DNA of 64,000 nucleotides from Thermoplasmatota archaeon (GTDB lineage: Archaea > Thermoplasmatota > E2 > DHVEG-1): NCBI GenBank assembly GCA_046496795.1, contig JAWOGM010000054.1, positions 558 to 64,557 of the forward strand, read 5' to 3'. Numbering within the stretch: position 1 is the first letter of the stretch; every line of letters starts with the position of its first letter. The position numbers and the translations under genes were made by a program. Positions 47,470 to 57,493 of this stretch are shown one piece after another. Under the pieces are notes generated by a model. That model saw nothing but the letters and a program-made list of their open reading frames with translations. It was not told where the DNA came from and ran no database searches.

Positions 47470-48762
47470 TTGAAGATCATCCAAGAAAACCTAATTAACC
47501 ATTCAACCAATCCATTTACAACCAATTCACATGAATTGGAAGGAGGCAATAATCAAGAATGGAAACAAAATATAGAAAACATAGGCCAGAAATATGTCAA
47601 ACAACCAAATCCCCAATTGGACGGGGAGGAGATGAATGACCGTGGCTATGTAAGACAAAAATTTGATGTTGAAAAATTTAAAAACCCATATATCTTAGAT
47701 CCATCCGAATACAAAACACAACAGGAATTATTCAATGCAATAAAATACTGGTGGGTATTCAAAAGACGGAAAAATGAAAACACGGTAAAGAAACGAATAC
47801 CAATGGCAAAAAGAATGAGCAAACATCCAGTATTCCCAATTAATTGGAAGGAACTAAACCCTAATCAAATCATAGCATATCTAGAGTACAGAGAATACAA
47901 AGAAGGTGCTGGAAAGAACGCGATACGAAACGAATGGGACACACTCAACATGTTTGCAAAGGCATTTGGTATAAACACAGAAACATGGGGATACACACCG
48001 CCAAGTAAACCACCGGCAAAAGTCAAAATAATACCACTACCAAACACAACACACAGTATCATACATTACAGATACTCAAAAGACAAATACACAAATGCAC
48101 TCTTTCAGTACATACTAATGCACGGCTTTGTTATTGGATGGCGACCAAGTGAAATAGTAATCCAGAAAGTACGCGATGTAAACATCGATGATGGCTACAT
48201 GATCATAACTGAGACAAAGAAACACAATCAACTAAGACAGATATTTCCAGAAAAAGACTTAATGATCAATCCAAGACGAAAATGTTTGAAAAACTGGATT
48301 GACAAATGGAGACCCAAGGTCGAAAACCAATACAGTAAAGACTTTTTGTATCTGCAACCAAACGGTAAACCATACACAGTAGATTACTTACGAAAGAAAC
48401 TCTCACCTCTCGTAAAAGAGGCATGGAGACCTTTCAGCCTATACACAATGAGACACTGGTGTGCAACAGCAAGACTTATCAAAAGCAAGACAGAGACAAA
48501 GAAATGGGACATATGGGAAGTTAAAGATTGGATGGGGCATGACAAAATTGACACAACCGAAGATTACGTGAAATATGCGAAAAAATACCATCGAAACGCA
48601 CCGTATGATTGGATTAAGTCCGTCCTCAAATTTCATGACAATTTGGAAGTGGAAAATGGGCTAAAATCAATAAACGGCAAAAAAACCTACGTTTCGAGTG
48701 GAAACAACAGGAGTGGTGAGTTACGGACGTGGCGGGATTCGAACCCGCGATTACCGACTTAG
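47470..48762 (+). CDS. int: Tyrosine recombinase/integrase (pNOB8-type, not split by integration)
   Basis: C-terminal catalytic boxes 'MRHWCATARL' (HxxR) and 'DTTEDYVKYAKKY' (Tyr region). The last ~13 codons are translated from the tRNA-Arg gene. Confidence 0.75.
   Translation: MKIIQENLINHSTNPFTTNSHELEGGNNQEWKQNIENIGQKYVKQPNPQLDGEEMNDRGYVRQKFDVEKFKNPYILDPSEYKTQQELFNAIKYWWVFKRRKNENTVKKRIPMAKRMSKHPVFPINWKELNPNQIIAYLEYREYKEGAGKNAIRNEWDTLNMFAKAFGINTETWGYTPPSKPPAKVKIIPLPNTTHSIIHYRYSKDKYTNALFQYILMHGFVIGWRPSEIVIQKVRDVNIDDGYMIITETKKHNQLRQIFPEKDLMINPRRKCLKNWIDKWRPKVENQYSKDFLYLQPNGKPYTVDYLRKKLSPLVKEAWRPFSLYTMRHWCATARLIKSKTETKKWDIWEVKDWMGHDKIDTTEDYVKYAKKYHRNAPYDWIKSVLKFHDNLEVENGLKSINGKKTYVSSGNNRSGELRTWRDSNPRLPT
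48721..48735 (+). repeat. attR: the 15-bp direct repeat TTACGGACGTGGCGG, covering the tRNA-Arg 3' acceptor/T-arm end plus 3 nt of flank
   Basis: Identical to 39663-39677. Confidence 0.6.
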
Positions 48763-48798
48763 AAGGCCGGTGCCTTATCCAGGCTAGGCCACACGCCC
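48724..48798 (-). tRNA. tRNA-Arg (anticodon UCU)
   Basis: Manual fold: acceptor GGGCGUG/CACGUCC (one G-U), D stem GCCU/AGGC, anticodon stem CCGGC/GUCGG with loop CUUCUAA, T arm GCGGG-UUCGAAU-CCCGC, discriminator G. Confidence 0.85.
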
Positions 48799-48803
48799 AT
48801 AAA

Positions 48804-48891
48804 CGCTGAGGAGGAGATTTGAACTCCTGATCCCCTTTCGGAGAACCGGCTTTCAAGGCCGGCGCGGTAGGCCAGGCTTTGCTACCTCAGC
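48804..48891 (-). tRNA. tRNA-Ser (anticodon UGA), type II with a long variable arm
   Basis: 88 nt. Acceptor GCUGAGG/CCUCAGC, anticodon stem CCGGC/GCCGG with loop CUUGAAA, a 17-nt variable arm, T arm AGGAG-UUCAAAU-CUCCU. I could not resolve the D-stem pairing by eye. Confidence 0.75.
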
Positions 48892-48945
48892 ATATTATTA
48901 AATAGTATTGTAAAAAGAGTATCATAAATTCTTATAAAAAGAATT

Positions 48946-49260
48946 TTATGATTTTAACACAATTTCGATATGAACACCATCAGGAACCTGAATGCGCATC
49001 AACTGCCGAAGAGCTCTATCACTAGCATCAAGATCAATAAGTCGTTTATGAATTCTCATCTCCCAACGATCCCATGTCTCAGTGCCCTCTCCATCTGGAG
49101 ATTTTCTACAGGGAACTTTTAAATGTTTTGTTGGTAAAGGAACTGGTCCGCGTAAGGCAACACCAGTTCTTTCTGCAATCATTTTAATTTGAGTGCAAAC
49201 GTCTTCTAGTTTTTTTGACTCCGTGCTTGTAAGCGATATTCTTGCTTTCTGCGCTGGCAT
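48946..49260 (-). CDS. rps10: 30S ribosomal protein S10 (uS10)
   Basis: 'ARISLTS...[10 protein letters not shown]...[13 protein letters not shown]...[14 protein letters not shown]' is a full-length uS10. Confidence 0.9.
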   Translation of the reverse strand: MPAQKARISLTSTESKKLEDVCTQIKMIAERTGVALRGPVPLPTKHLKVPCRKSPDGEGTETWDRWEMRIHKRLIDLDASDRALRQLMRIQVPDGVHIEIVLKS

Positions 49261-49313
49261 CCTATAAGGCTCCTATTTTTTCTCATATTTTGTAATAAAA
49301 AAAGAGGAGAAGC

Positions 49314-50597
49314 TTATTTAGCTTCCTCAACTTCTAAACAAACACCAGCAGCCACAGTTTGTCCCATATCTCGAATAGCGAATCTTCCAAGTTGTGGAAT
49401 CTTTTTGGATGATTCAATAACCATCGGTCGCGTTGGAATAATTTTTACAATTGCTGCATCACCTGTTTTAATGAAGTCAGGGTTTTCCTCTTTCACTTGT
49501 CCAGTTCTTGGATCAAGTTTCTTTTGTATTTCTTCGAATCTGCATGCCACCTGTGCTGTATAACAATGGAAGACGGGCGTGTATCCTTTTGTTATTACAG
49601 AAGGATGGTTAAGAACCATAATCTGTGCAATAAATGATTTTGCAACAGTTGGGGGGTTATCAGCTGGTCCTGCGACATCTCCCCGACGAATCTCATTTTT
49701 GTTGATGCCTCTCATATTAACACCGACATTATCTCCAGGCTCTGCTTGGTTAATTTGCTCGTGATGCATTTCAATAGTTTTAACTTCTCCCGTTGCTCCA
49801 CCAGGTTTTGCACTGGGTTTAAAGATAAGTTGTTGACCAGGTTTCATAATCCCTGTTTCAATCTTACCGACAGGAACAGTCCCAACTCCCTTAATAGTAT
49901 AGACATCTTGAAGTGGCCATCGAAGTGGTAAGTCAGTTGGTTTTTTTGATAATTGGAAGTTATCAATAGCTTTGAGAATTGTATCTCCCGTCCACCATTC
50001 AATATTTCCTTTATCTTTGACATTATCGCCTTTAAATGCCGATACAGGTATTATTTGTAGCTGTTCATCTTTGTAACCCACGCTTTTTGCAAGTTTAGTT
50101 ATCTCTGATTTTACCTCTTCAAATCGTGCTTTGTCATATGGTGGTTTTGTATCATCCATTTTATTGACGGCGATAATCATCTGTTTAACGCCAAGTGTTC
50201 GTGCAAGAAACATATGTTCCTTTGTCTGAGCCATAATACCTTCAGGACCTGCAACAACAAGAATTGCAGCATCTGCCTGCGATGTCCCTGTGATCATATT
50301 TTTAACAAAATCTCTGTGTCCAGGAGCGTCGATGATAGTAATATAGTACTTATCTGTATTAAATCGCTTATGAGCAACATCAATAGTAACTCCACGCTCT
50401 CGTTCTTCTTTTAAATTATCAAAAATCCATGCGATAGCAAAACTTTCTTTTCCTTTTGCTTTTGCTTCTTCCTTAAATTTATCGAGCATGTGCTGAGGGA
50501 ACTGCCCGGTCTGAAGCAATACTTGTCCAACTAAGGTTGATTTCCCATGATCGACATGACCGATAACTACCATGTTCATGTGTGGTTTATCTGCCAT
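49314..50597 (-). CDS. tuf: Translation elongation factor 1-alpha (aEF-1A)
   Basis: G1 'GHVDHGKST', G3 'DAPGH', G4 'NKMD', and the domain II/III conserved blocks. Length 427 aa. Confidence 0.95.
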   Translation of the reverse strand: MADKPHMNMVVIGHVDHGKSTLVGQVLLQTGQFPQHMLDKFKEEAKAKGKESFAIAWIFDNLKEERERGVTIDVAHKRFNTDKYYITIIDAPGHRDFVKNMITGTSQADAAILVVAGPEGIMAQTKEHMFLARTLGVKQMIIAVNKMDDTKPPYDKARFEEVKSEITKLAKSVGYKDEQLQIIPVSAFKGDNVKDKGNIEWWTGDTILKAIDNFQLSKKPTDLPLRWPLQDVYTIKGVGTVPVGKIETGIMKPGQQLIFKPSAKPGGATGEVKTIEMHHEQINQAEPGDNVGVNMRGINKNEIRRGDVAGPADNPPTVAKSFIAQIMVLNHPSVITKGYTPVFHCYTAQVACRFEEIQKKLDPRTGQVKEENPDFIKTGDAAIVKIIPTRPMVIESSKKIPQLGRFAIRDMGQTVAAGVCLEVEEAK

Positions 50598-50720
50598 AAT
50601 TTTACCTCCATTAACTACATTTCAATTCAGTATTTATCTTTTTCCTATTCTTTAAGGTTTGGTAGCGTATACTCTTCTTATTTATAAGATTTACCTAGAG
50701 AGAAAATATCATGAGTTTTA

Positions 50721-52115
50721 CTACATAGGTGTTTTCTTCTTATCAATTATTCTTTTTAATTTCTTCATAAAAGTAGTGGTAATTTCACCAAGGCTTGAAT
50801 GGTCATCAGCTTCAGCAGTTAATCGGATAATAGGACTGGTATTGGATTGTCGTATCAAAACCCATCCTTTTTCAAGTGTTACACGAATACCATCTAAAAC
50901 ATTTGTATTATTAAACTCGCCAATTAATTCTTTTGTTAATTCATCAATAACTATACTTTTTATATCATCAGGGCAATTGATTTCTTCACGATTTGTGAGA
51001 TACATGGGAAGCTCATCAACAAGAGCACTAAGAGCAGCATCTGTTTTATCTAATACCTCGGCCATTTTAAGAGGGACAACAAGAGCATCATCAAATAAAA
51101 AATACTCCGGTAAAATAATATGTCCTGAGGATTCAATGCCAAGTCGTGCTTTTTGTTTTTTACCTTCAAGTGTTAAAAAAGTATGACCAACTCGAATCTG
51201 ATTAACCTGAAAGCCTAGGGGCTCAAGTTGCTCTTTTACTGCTTTTGAAACTTCAACATTAACAAGTACTACTCCTTTTTTATCAGAAATCCCAAATTTA
51301 CCAAGAATAATACCTGTTTGATCTGCTGATAAAACACGTCCCTTATTATCCACAATAACTGCTCTATCTCCATCACCATCAAATGCAACGCCAAAATCAC
51401 ATTTCTGCTCCCTTACTGTTTTCACCAATTCCCCCAGATTTTTTTCTTTTGGCTCAGACGGTCGCTTAGAAAACAATGGATCAGGTTCACAGAAAACAGG
51501 GACACAATCCAAACCTAGTGATGTAAAAACATCAGGTGCAGAAAGTGTCATACTTGCTCCACCACAATCAAGTGCAACTTTAATTTGAGAAGTATAAGAA
51601 AATTTAGATAAGAAAAAATCTCTATACACTTTTGAGATATCAATTTTTTTAACTTTCCCAACTGTTTGCCAATCAGCAATTTCAAAATCATCATCCAAAG
51701 TGAAATCTCTAATTTGTTCAAGATCATCTACAGAAAAACCAACACCATCACCATAATAAAATTTTATACCATTCCATTCAGCAGGCAGATGACTAGCAGT
51801 AATAAACGCAATTACCTCATGTTTATTTTGCCATCCAGCAAATAATGTTTGTCCAAAAGAAGTAATTCCTGTATACTGCACATCTATTCCAGTTGAAGAA
51901 ACACCAGAAATAAAAGAATAAAACAGTGAGGGGCTGGATTGTCTAATATCAGCGCCAACTGTTAGGTTTTTACCGCGTAATATTCTTTTAGCAAACGTAC
52001 CTGCAGCCTGTCCAATTTTAAAAAATAATTCAGGAGAAATATCCTTCTGATAAATTCCTCTAATATCATACGCTCTAAAAATATGTAATGAGATATCTTT
52101 TTGCATATACTGCAA
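50721..52115 (-). CDS. Phosphoglucomutase/phosphomannomutase family (archaeal GlmM/PMM-type)
   Basis: Active-site Ser loop 'TASHLPAEWNGIKF', metal loop 'FDGDGDR', sugar loop 'GIESSGH'. Confidence 0.8.
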   Translation of the reverse strand: MQYMQKDISLHIFRAYDIRGIYQKDISPELFFKIGQAAGTFAKRILRGKNLTVGADIRQSSPSLFYSFISGVSSTGIDVQYTGITSFGQTLFAGWQNKHEVIAFITASHLPAEWNGIKFYYGDGVGFSVDDLEQIRDFTLDDDFEIADWQTVGKVKKIDISKVYRDFFLSKFSYTSQIKVALDCGGASMTLSAPDVFTSLGLDCVPVFCEPDPLFSKRPSEPKEKNLGELVKTVREQKCDFGVAFDGDGDRAVIVDNKGRVLSADQTGIILGKFGISDKKGVVLVNVEVSKAVKEQLEPLGFQVNQIRVGHTFLTLEGKKQKARLGIESSGHIILPEYFLFDDALVVPLKMAEVLDKTDAALSALVDELPMYLTNREEINCPDDIKSIVIDELTKELIGEFNNTNVLDGIRVTLEKGWVLIRQSNTSPIIRLTAEADDHSSLGEITTTFMKKLKRIIDKKKTPM

Positions 52116-52162
52116 TCACTACTGCGTTATAAAAAATTGATTGAAAAAATAGTAATAGAAAA

Positions 52163-53191
52163 TCATTCTCCAATTACATTACCTATTTGTTTATTTGGGT
52201 ATCCATGAGGGATAGGTTGATTCCAAATAATGTTTTTTTCCAAACTGCTTTTTTGTTTTACCTTTTCATGATCACCAATAACACAATAAGTAAGATGACA
52301 ATCGTCATCAATGAAGCTATTTTCTCCAACTATGCAATGATCCAATACAACATTATCACCAATAGAGGCATTGTTAAAAATAACAGATGAATAAATGGAT
52401 GATTCTTTTCCTAAACGAACATTATCTCCAACAGAGGATTTAACTATTTCTCCATGAAGTGAGCAATGTTTGCCAATGTAATTTGTTAGTTTATTTTTTT
52501 TTAGTAAAAGTTGGTGTACATTAAGATAACTATTTATTCTTCCAACATCAATCCAATATCCCTCAAATTTGAATCCATAAAACCGTTTTGTATCTCTAAT
52601 TATTTGCGGGAAAATTTCTTTTTCCATTGAAATAAGACGCCCTCTTTCAATATAATCCAATATTTTATATTCCAAAAGATAAGCCCCGGCATTAATGAGA
52701 TTAGAAGGAGCATCTTCTGGTTTTGGTTTTTCAACAAAACCAGTCACATTTCCATCTGATTGAACATCAACAACACCAAATTCAGAAACATTATCGACAG
52801 GCCATAAAGAAATAGTTGAAACAGCATTATTTTTTTTATGAAAATCAATCATCTCGCTAAGATTAAGTGAACAAATGATATCTGCATTAATCACAAAAAA
52901 AGAATCAGTGATATGTTTTTCAGCAAATTTTACCGCCCCTGCAGTTCCAAGTGGTTTGGGTTCATCATTTACAATGATTTCTTTATTAAAAGAGGCTGTA
53001 TTAAAAAACTCTTCAATCTGATCTTTTCTATAGTTAACAGCTACAATAATCTTGTCTACTTGTTTTGGGAGCGATTCGACAAGATAGGAGATCATAGGTT
53101 TGTTAAGAATGGGTAATAATGCCTTAGCTCTTGTATAGGTTAAAGGACGAAGTCTTGTTCCAAAACCTCCTGCTAATATAATTGCCTCCAT
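52163..53191 (-). CDS. Sugar-1-phosphate nucleotidyltransferase with a C-terminal left-handed beta-helix (GlmU/ST0452-like bifunctional architecture)
   Basis: N-terminal 'AIILAGGFGTRLRPLTYTRAKALLPI'. C-terminal hexapeptide repeats ('SVIFNNASIGDNVVLDHCIVGENSFIDDDCHL'). Confidence 0.8.
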   Translation of the reverse strand: MEAIILAGGFGTRLRPLTYTRAKALLPILNKPMISYLVESLPKQVDKIIVAVNYRKDQIEEFFNTASFNKEIIVNDEPKPLGTAGAVKFAEKHITDSFFVINADIICSLNLSEMIDFHKKNNAVSTISLWPVDNVSEFGVVDVQSDGNVTGFVEKPKPEDAPSNLINAGAYLLEYKILDYIERGRLISMEKEIFPQIIRDTKRFYGFKFEGYWIDVGRINSYLNVHQLLLKKNKLTNYIGKHCSLHGEIVKSSVGDNVRLGKESSIYSSVIFNNASIGDNVVLDHCIVGENSFIDDDCHLTYCVIGDHEKVKQKSSLEKNIIWNQPIPHGYPNKQIGNVIGE

Positions 53192-53425
53192 GATATCAAC
53201 TCATTATTTTTTACAGTTTATCTTGAATTACATAGACCCATATTAAATTTCACATTTTTCAAACCAAAAATACAAATAAATTTTAAAAACAAAAAAACCA
53301 GGTATAGCCTAATACATTTTTTAGGAAATCAAATTTTTGTAAAATGAAACAAAAACTATAAAACTACCAACTGAAACATTTAAAAACTGTTAGAAATTCT
53401 GAGGTTGCAAAATAAACAAAAAAAA

Positions 53426-53499
53426 GGGCTCGTGGTCTAGTTGGTTATGACGTCGCCTTGACATGGCGGAGGTCGAGTGTTCGAATCTCTCCGAGCCCA
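53426..53499 (+). tRNA. tRNA-Val (anticodon GAC)
   Basis: Acceptor GGGCUCG/CGAGCCC, anticodon stem UCGCC/GGCGG with loop UUGACAU, T loop UUCGAAU (one U-U in the T stem), discriminator A. Confidence 0.85.
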
Positions 53500-53555
53500 T
53501 TACAACAATTCTTATATGAAATTAACAATTATTTAAAAAAATAGAGAATAGTTTT

Positions 53556-54050
53556 TTAATCAAGGAATGTCACTTTATTTTTCCCTAAAATTTTATAAAT
53601 AAAATCCTCTGCACTTGCTTCAATTAATTTCTGAAAAAAACCTTTGGAAGGCGGATGCATAATCAAATGAACAACATTCATAGAATTAAATTCATTTAAA
53701 ATCTGCTGAGAAATATTCTCCCCTACTCGTACATGAACATCATAAGGAATACCTAATTTATTTATAGTCTTTATAAGTAATACACCCACTTCATCAACAT
53801 CTTCTTTTTTAAATTGCTTAATATATTGTTGAAACTTCTGCAGATCACCAAACCCAATATTGGCATCCAAGAGTTCACAGACACGTACTGTTTTAATTAA
53901 TTTTAGAATAATAACACTATCAGGCTTAATATCGTTAATAATGGAAACAATTTGTTGAAGAGATTCATTGGTATATCTTTTTTTATAGCAGGCGATTAAA
54001 AGCACACGTTTTTCTTTAATTTCATCAATTTCTCTATTTATTTGATTCAT
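53556..54050 (-). CDS. Hypothetical protein, possibly a USP-like regulatory domain
   Basis: Weak resemblance only ('NVVHLIMHPPSKG'). Co-directional with the downstream permease. Confidence 0.3.
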   Translation of the reverse strand: MNQINREIDEIKEKRVLLIACYKKRYTNESLQQIVSIINDIKPDSVIILKLIKTVRVCELLDANIGFGDLQKFQQYIKQFKKEDVDEVGVLLIKTINKLGIPYDVHVRVGENISQQILNEFNSMNVVHLIMHPPSKGFFQKLIEASAEDFIYKILGKNKVTFLD

Positions 54051-54063
54051 ACTATTTCCCCTT

Positions 54064-55524
54064 TTACCAATATCCTAAAAACCTCCACCATACAAGACCA
54101 ACAGTTAAAAATACAATAATTCCTAAGACATTTAATATAAATCCGGGTTTGATAAAATCTTTTACTTCTAAATTTCCTGTTGCATACACCAGCATAGCAC
54201 TTGGAGTACCGATAGGAAGTAGAAATGCAAAACCACTCGCCATTGCAACGGTATATGTCGGAACTATTGGAGAAAAACCTAATTCACCCATAGATGATAA
54301 CGCTATAGGCAGAATAATTGCTGTCACCGCTGCATTACTCATGACATTTGAAAGAAAGACAGCAATTATTGCAAAAATGGCAAGAACAACAAGAGGATTA
54401 TCTCCCACCGAAGAAAGTAAAAATTTGGTAATAACATCTAACGTCCCTGCATGGGGGAGCACAAAAGATAACGTGATTGCACCAACATATAAAAATAAAG
54501 TGCCCCAAGGCATCTTTGATTCAACATCACTCCACTCTATCGTTTTTGTAGATGCTATAGCTACAGCTAATGCTACAGCAATAACACCCATACCAATTAT
54601 CTGCCCAAGTGTTGCCCAAGCAACAAAACCTGCTAAAAGAAAAAACAACGCTTTTTTTTCACCAATACTAAAATTTCCCATCGCCTCTATTTCATTAGAG
54701 ATTTTTTTACGAATATGGCCCATATCAATATTTTCTAGGTGAAACACTTTAGCCAATACCAAATAAGTAAAAACAATCATAACCAGCGCTACAGGCATGG
54801 TAGAAATGATCCAGCGAACAAAAGAAACAGTATCACCAGTATAATAGCCATAAATCTCAACAGCTAAAATATTTCTTGCACCCCCCAGAAACGTAGTAAT
54901 ACTACCAACAGATGTACCATAAGAAAGAGCAAGAAGATTTGCTTTACCGAAATTCGACCTCAGAATATTTTTTTGTTTAGATGCAGCAAAAATAATAAAA
55001 AGAACAGGGATAAACAATGCAGTTATACCATGTTCAGGCATAAGCATTGAAAGAAAAAAACCTATCAAGGTTACACCTAGTAAAAAACGACGTGGGCTAC
55101 TACCAAAATGATTCAGAAAATAAAGAGCGATACGTTTGTGTAAATCATGTTTCTCAACAGTGATTGCAAGAATAAGAGCACCCATTAAAAAAAACAATGT
55201 ACCCGATGAAAAACCCCTAAACGCTTCACTTTGAGGAAGGATTCCTAGCACAACAGAGCCCGTAATTATTAAAAAAGTGGAGAAAGTAAAAGAAATGGGA
55301 GCAAATATCCACATATAAATAGCTAAAAAAAGGATTGCAGCACCATAATAAAGCGGAGGCTCTTCAGCATAAAGATATGACAGAACAACCATCAATAAAA
55401 AAAGCAATAAACCAAAAACTAACTGAAATGATTTATTTCGAAATATCATATCAAGGTTAACATGATCTCTCATTTTCAAACTGAATGAATAAAAGAATAT
55501 AAAAGACTTTATTAATAAAACCAC
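54064..55524 (-). CDS. ArsB/NhaD-superfamily (CitMHS-like) anion permease
   Basis: About 12 TM helices with the internal two-fold repeat and Gly/Pro-rich re-entrant segments typical of this ion transporter superfamily. Confidence 0.6.
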   Translation of the reverse strand: MVLLIKSFIFFYSFSLKMRDHVNLDMIFRNKSFQLVFGLLLFLLMVVLSYLYAEEPPLYYGAAILFLAIYMWIFAPISFTFSTFLIITGSVVLGILPQSEAFRGFSSGTLFFLMGALILAITVEKHDLHKRIALYFLNHFGSSPRRFLLGVTLIGFFLSMLMPEHGITALFIPVLFIIFAASKQKNILRSNFGKANLLALSYGTSVGSITTFLGGARNILAVEIYGYYTGDTVSFVRWIISTMPVALVMIVFTYLVLAKVFHLENIDMGHIRKKISNEIEAMGNFSIGEKKALFFLLAGFVAWATLGQIIGMGVIAVALAVAIASTKTIEWSDVESKMPWGTLFLYVGAITLSFVLPHAGTLDVITKFLLSSVGDNPLVVLAIFAIIAVFLSNVMSNAAVTAIILPIALSSMGELGFSPIVPTYTVAMASGFAFLLPIGTPSAMLVYATGNLEVKDFIKPGFILNVLGIIVFLTVGLVWWRFLGYW

Positions 55525-55729
55525 CGTGTTAACAACAAGATACTCAATTATTATAAAACATTTTCCTCTAAGTAAATATCATAAAACCAAAAGAAATATT
55601 GACGGAATCATCTATATCTCTTATCAATATGTCAATATGATTAATAAAAAGATCAGACTTTTAACTGATCATACAAAACAATTCATAAACCCTGATAACT
55701 ATTACAAATTATATATGTAAAGGATTACT

Positions 55730-56473
55730 ATGAAACAAGCACCTGCTTTTTCCATAATCATTCCCGTTCTGCATGAGAGAGAGAATATCAATACATTAAT
55801 TAACAATCTTCTCCAGGCCCCTACAAAAGAACCCATAGAGATTATAGTTGTCGATGCATCTCCCACAAAAGATACAATTAACCAGATAGCGAATTCCTCT
55901 GTTATAAAACTCACCGCGCAAAAAGGACGTGCACAACAAATGAACAAAGGAGCAAAACATGCCTCAGGTGAAATTCTTGTTTTCCTGCACGCAGACACAG
56001 AACCACCAAAAAACTGTTTAACAGAAATAAAAAAAATTATGGAAAATAAACAATTTATCGGCGGAGCATTCAGTCTTAAGATACAAACAAAACATAAAAT
56101 AATACAAATAGTAGCTGTAATTTCGACCTTACGATCTCAAATCACCCGGGCACCATATGGAGACCAAGTAATATTTATAAAAAAATCATTTTTCGAGAAA
56201 ATAGGAGGATATAGAAATATTCCAATAATGGAAGATGTAGATATTATGCGCCGTATAAAAAAACAAAAAGGGAAAATAAGAATTCTTCCACATCATGTCA
56301 TCACATCAGACAGACGATGGAAAGAAGAAGGACTACTCTATACCAACATAAGAAACACAATAATCATCTTCCTTTATTGGTGTGGAATGCCTGCAGAAAA
56401 ACTAGCTAAATTTTATCCCACACATACAACAAAAAGTAAAAAAGAACCCAAAAAAAGTAAGAGTCCACAATAG
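55730..56473 (+). CDS. Family 2 glycosyltransferase (GT-A), resembling the rSAM-associated 'transferase 2' (TIGR04283-like, from memory)
   Basis: 'FSIIIPVLHERENI', 'IVVDASPT' and 'FLHADTEPP' (DxD region) are GT2 hallmarks. Confidence 0.65.
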   Translation: MKQAPAFSIIIPVLHERENINTLINNLLQAPTKEPIEIIVVDASPTKDTINQIANSSVIKLTAQKGRAQQMNKGAKHASGEILVFLHADTEPPKNCLTEIKKIMENKQFIGGAFSLKIQTKHKIIQIVAVISTLRSQITRAPYGDQVIFIKKSFFEKIGGYRNIPIMEDVDIMRRIKKQKGKIRILPHHVITSDRRWKEEGLLYTNIRNTIIIFLYWCGMPAEKLAKFYPTHTTKSKKEPKKSKSPQ

Positions 56474-56565
56474 ATAAAAAGCACAATAGGATTCATCAAA
56501 TATAAAAAAAAGGTGATTCTATACAAACACAGAAAAACGAATTTGAACAACATATCATATCTGCT

Positions 56566-57480
56566 GTGCAAAAAAAATTACATTGCCAAACTCTTTCAAC
56601 CATTCAAATAAACCTTGGGTTCATCTGCAATCAAACATGTAAACACTGCCATGTTAGCGCATCGGCAGAAAGAACCGAACAAATGAGTTTAAAAACCATG
56701 GAAACAGTACTCTTTGTACTCTCAAAACTCCCCCATATTTTTGTAGACATCACAGGAGGTGCGCCAGAACTTCATCCGTATCTTGTAAAATTTCTAAAAA
56801 CATTAGAAAAACAAGGCCACCAGTTACAACTGAGAACAAATCTTACGATTCTAGATGAACCAAAATATCTCAACTACCCACAACTCTACAAAGCATTAAA
56901 AATCCAACTTGTCGCATCACTTCCCTGTTATCTAGAAGAAAACGTTTGCGCTCAACGCGGTGACGGCGTTTTTGAAAAAAGTATAAATGCATTACAAAAA
57001 CTCAATAACATAGGATATGGAACTACCAAAGACCTACCTCTCACCCTCGTTTTCAACCCTCAAGGTCCTATCCTTCCACCACCTCAAAAAGCACTGGAAG
57101 AAGAGTATCGAAAACATCTTGCTGAACAATACAACATTCATTTCACAAAACTTATTGCATTAACCAATATGCCCTTAGGGCGATTTCTTGAATCAATCAA
57201 AGAAAATAAACACCATTATATGAATCTTTTAAAAAAATCGTTTAATCCTCATACAATTCCCTCACTTATGTGTCGTCATCAAATCAATATCGGCTGGGAT
57301 GGAACACTATATGATTGTGATTTCAATCTAGCCGCAGGAATACCTGTCTCATCAACGGTACCACAACATATAGAAAAATTCAACAAAAAACAGTTAGAGA
57401 AACGAACTATAATGACTGGGGCACATTGTTTTGGTTGTACGGCAGGAGCAGGATCATCCTGCAGTGGATCATTAATATAA
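56566..57480 (+). CDS. Radical SAM protein with a C-terminal Cys-rich (DUF3641-like) domain; resembles the ArsS / TIGR04167 family
   Basis: 'GFICNQTCKHCHV' (CxxxCxxC) and C-terminal 'GAHCFGCTAGAGSSCSG'. The ORF ends with TAA and has no in-frame TGA. Confidence 0.7.
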   Translation: MQKKLHCQTLSTIQINLGFICNQTCKHCHVSASAERTEQMSLKTMETVLFVLSKLPHIFVDITGGAPELHPYLVKFLKTLEKQGHQLQLRTNLTILDEPKYLNYPQLYKALKIQLVASLPCYLEENVCAQRGDGVFEKSINALQKLNNIGYGTTKDLPLTLVFNPQGPILPPPQKALEEEYRKHLAEQYNIHFTKLIALTNMPLGRFLESIKENKHHYMNLLKKSFNPHTIPSLMCRHQINIGWDGTLYDCDFNLAAGIPVSSTVPQHIEKFNKKQLEKRTIMTGAHCFGCTAGAGSSCSGSLI

Positions 57481-57493
57481 AAGATAAAAAAAA

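Larger units (their letters stand above)
39663..48735 (+). mobile_element. Integrated element (~9.1 kb) in the 3' end of tRNA-Arg(TCT), flanked by direct repeats. It carries a DUF559 nuclease-fold protein, a secreted paralog, a giant surface protein, an RHH protein and a tyrosine integrase.
   Basis: The direct repeats are at 39663-39677 and 48721-48735. An intact integrase reads into an intact tRNA at the right end. Element polarity is consistent with the tRNA 3' end pointing into it. Confidence 0.6.

Noticed and set aside
48626-48856. 76-aa minus-strand ORF covering the tRNA-Arg and tRNA-Ser region
   Set aside because: It is the antisense or in-frame translation of two tRNA genes (the GC-rich stretch gives an open frame). 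It is not a real CDS.
56566-57480. Selenocysteine (in-frame TGA) in the radical SAM C-terminal domain
   Set aside because: The ORF terminates at TAA with no internal TGA. The positions that would be Sec in selenoprotein versions are Cys here (CFGCTAGAGSSC).
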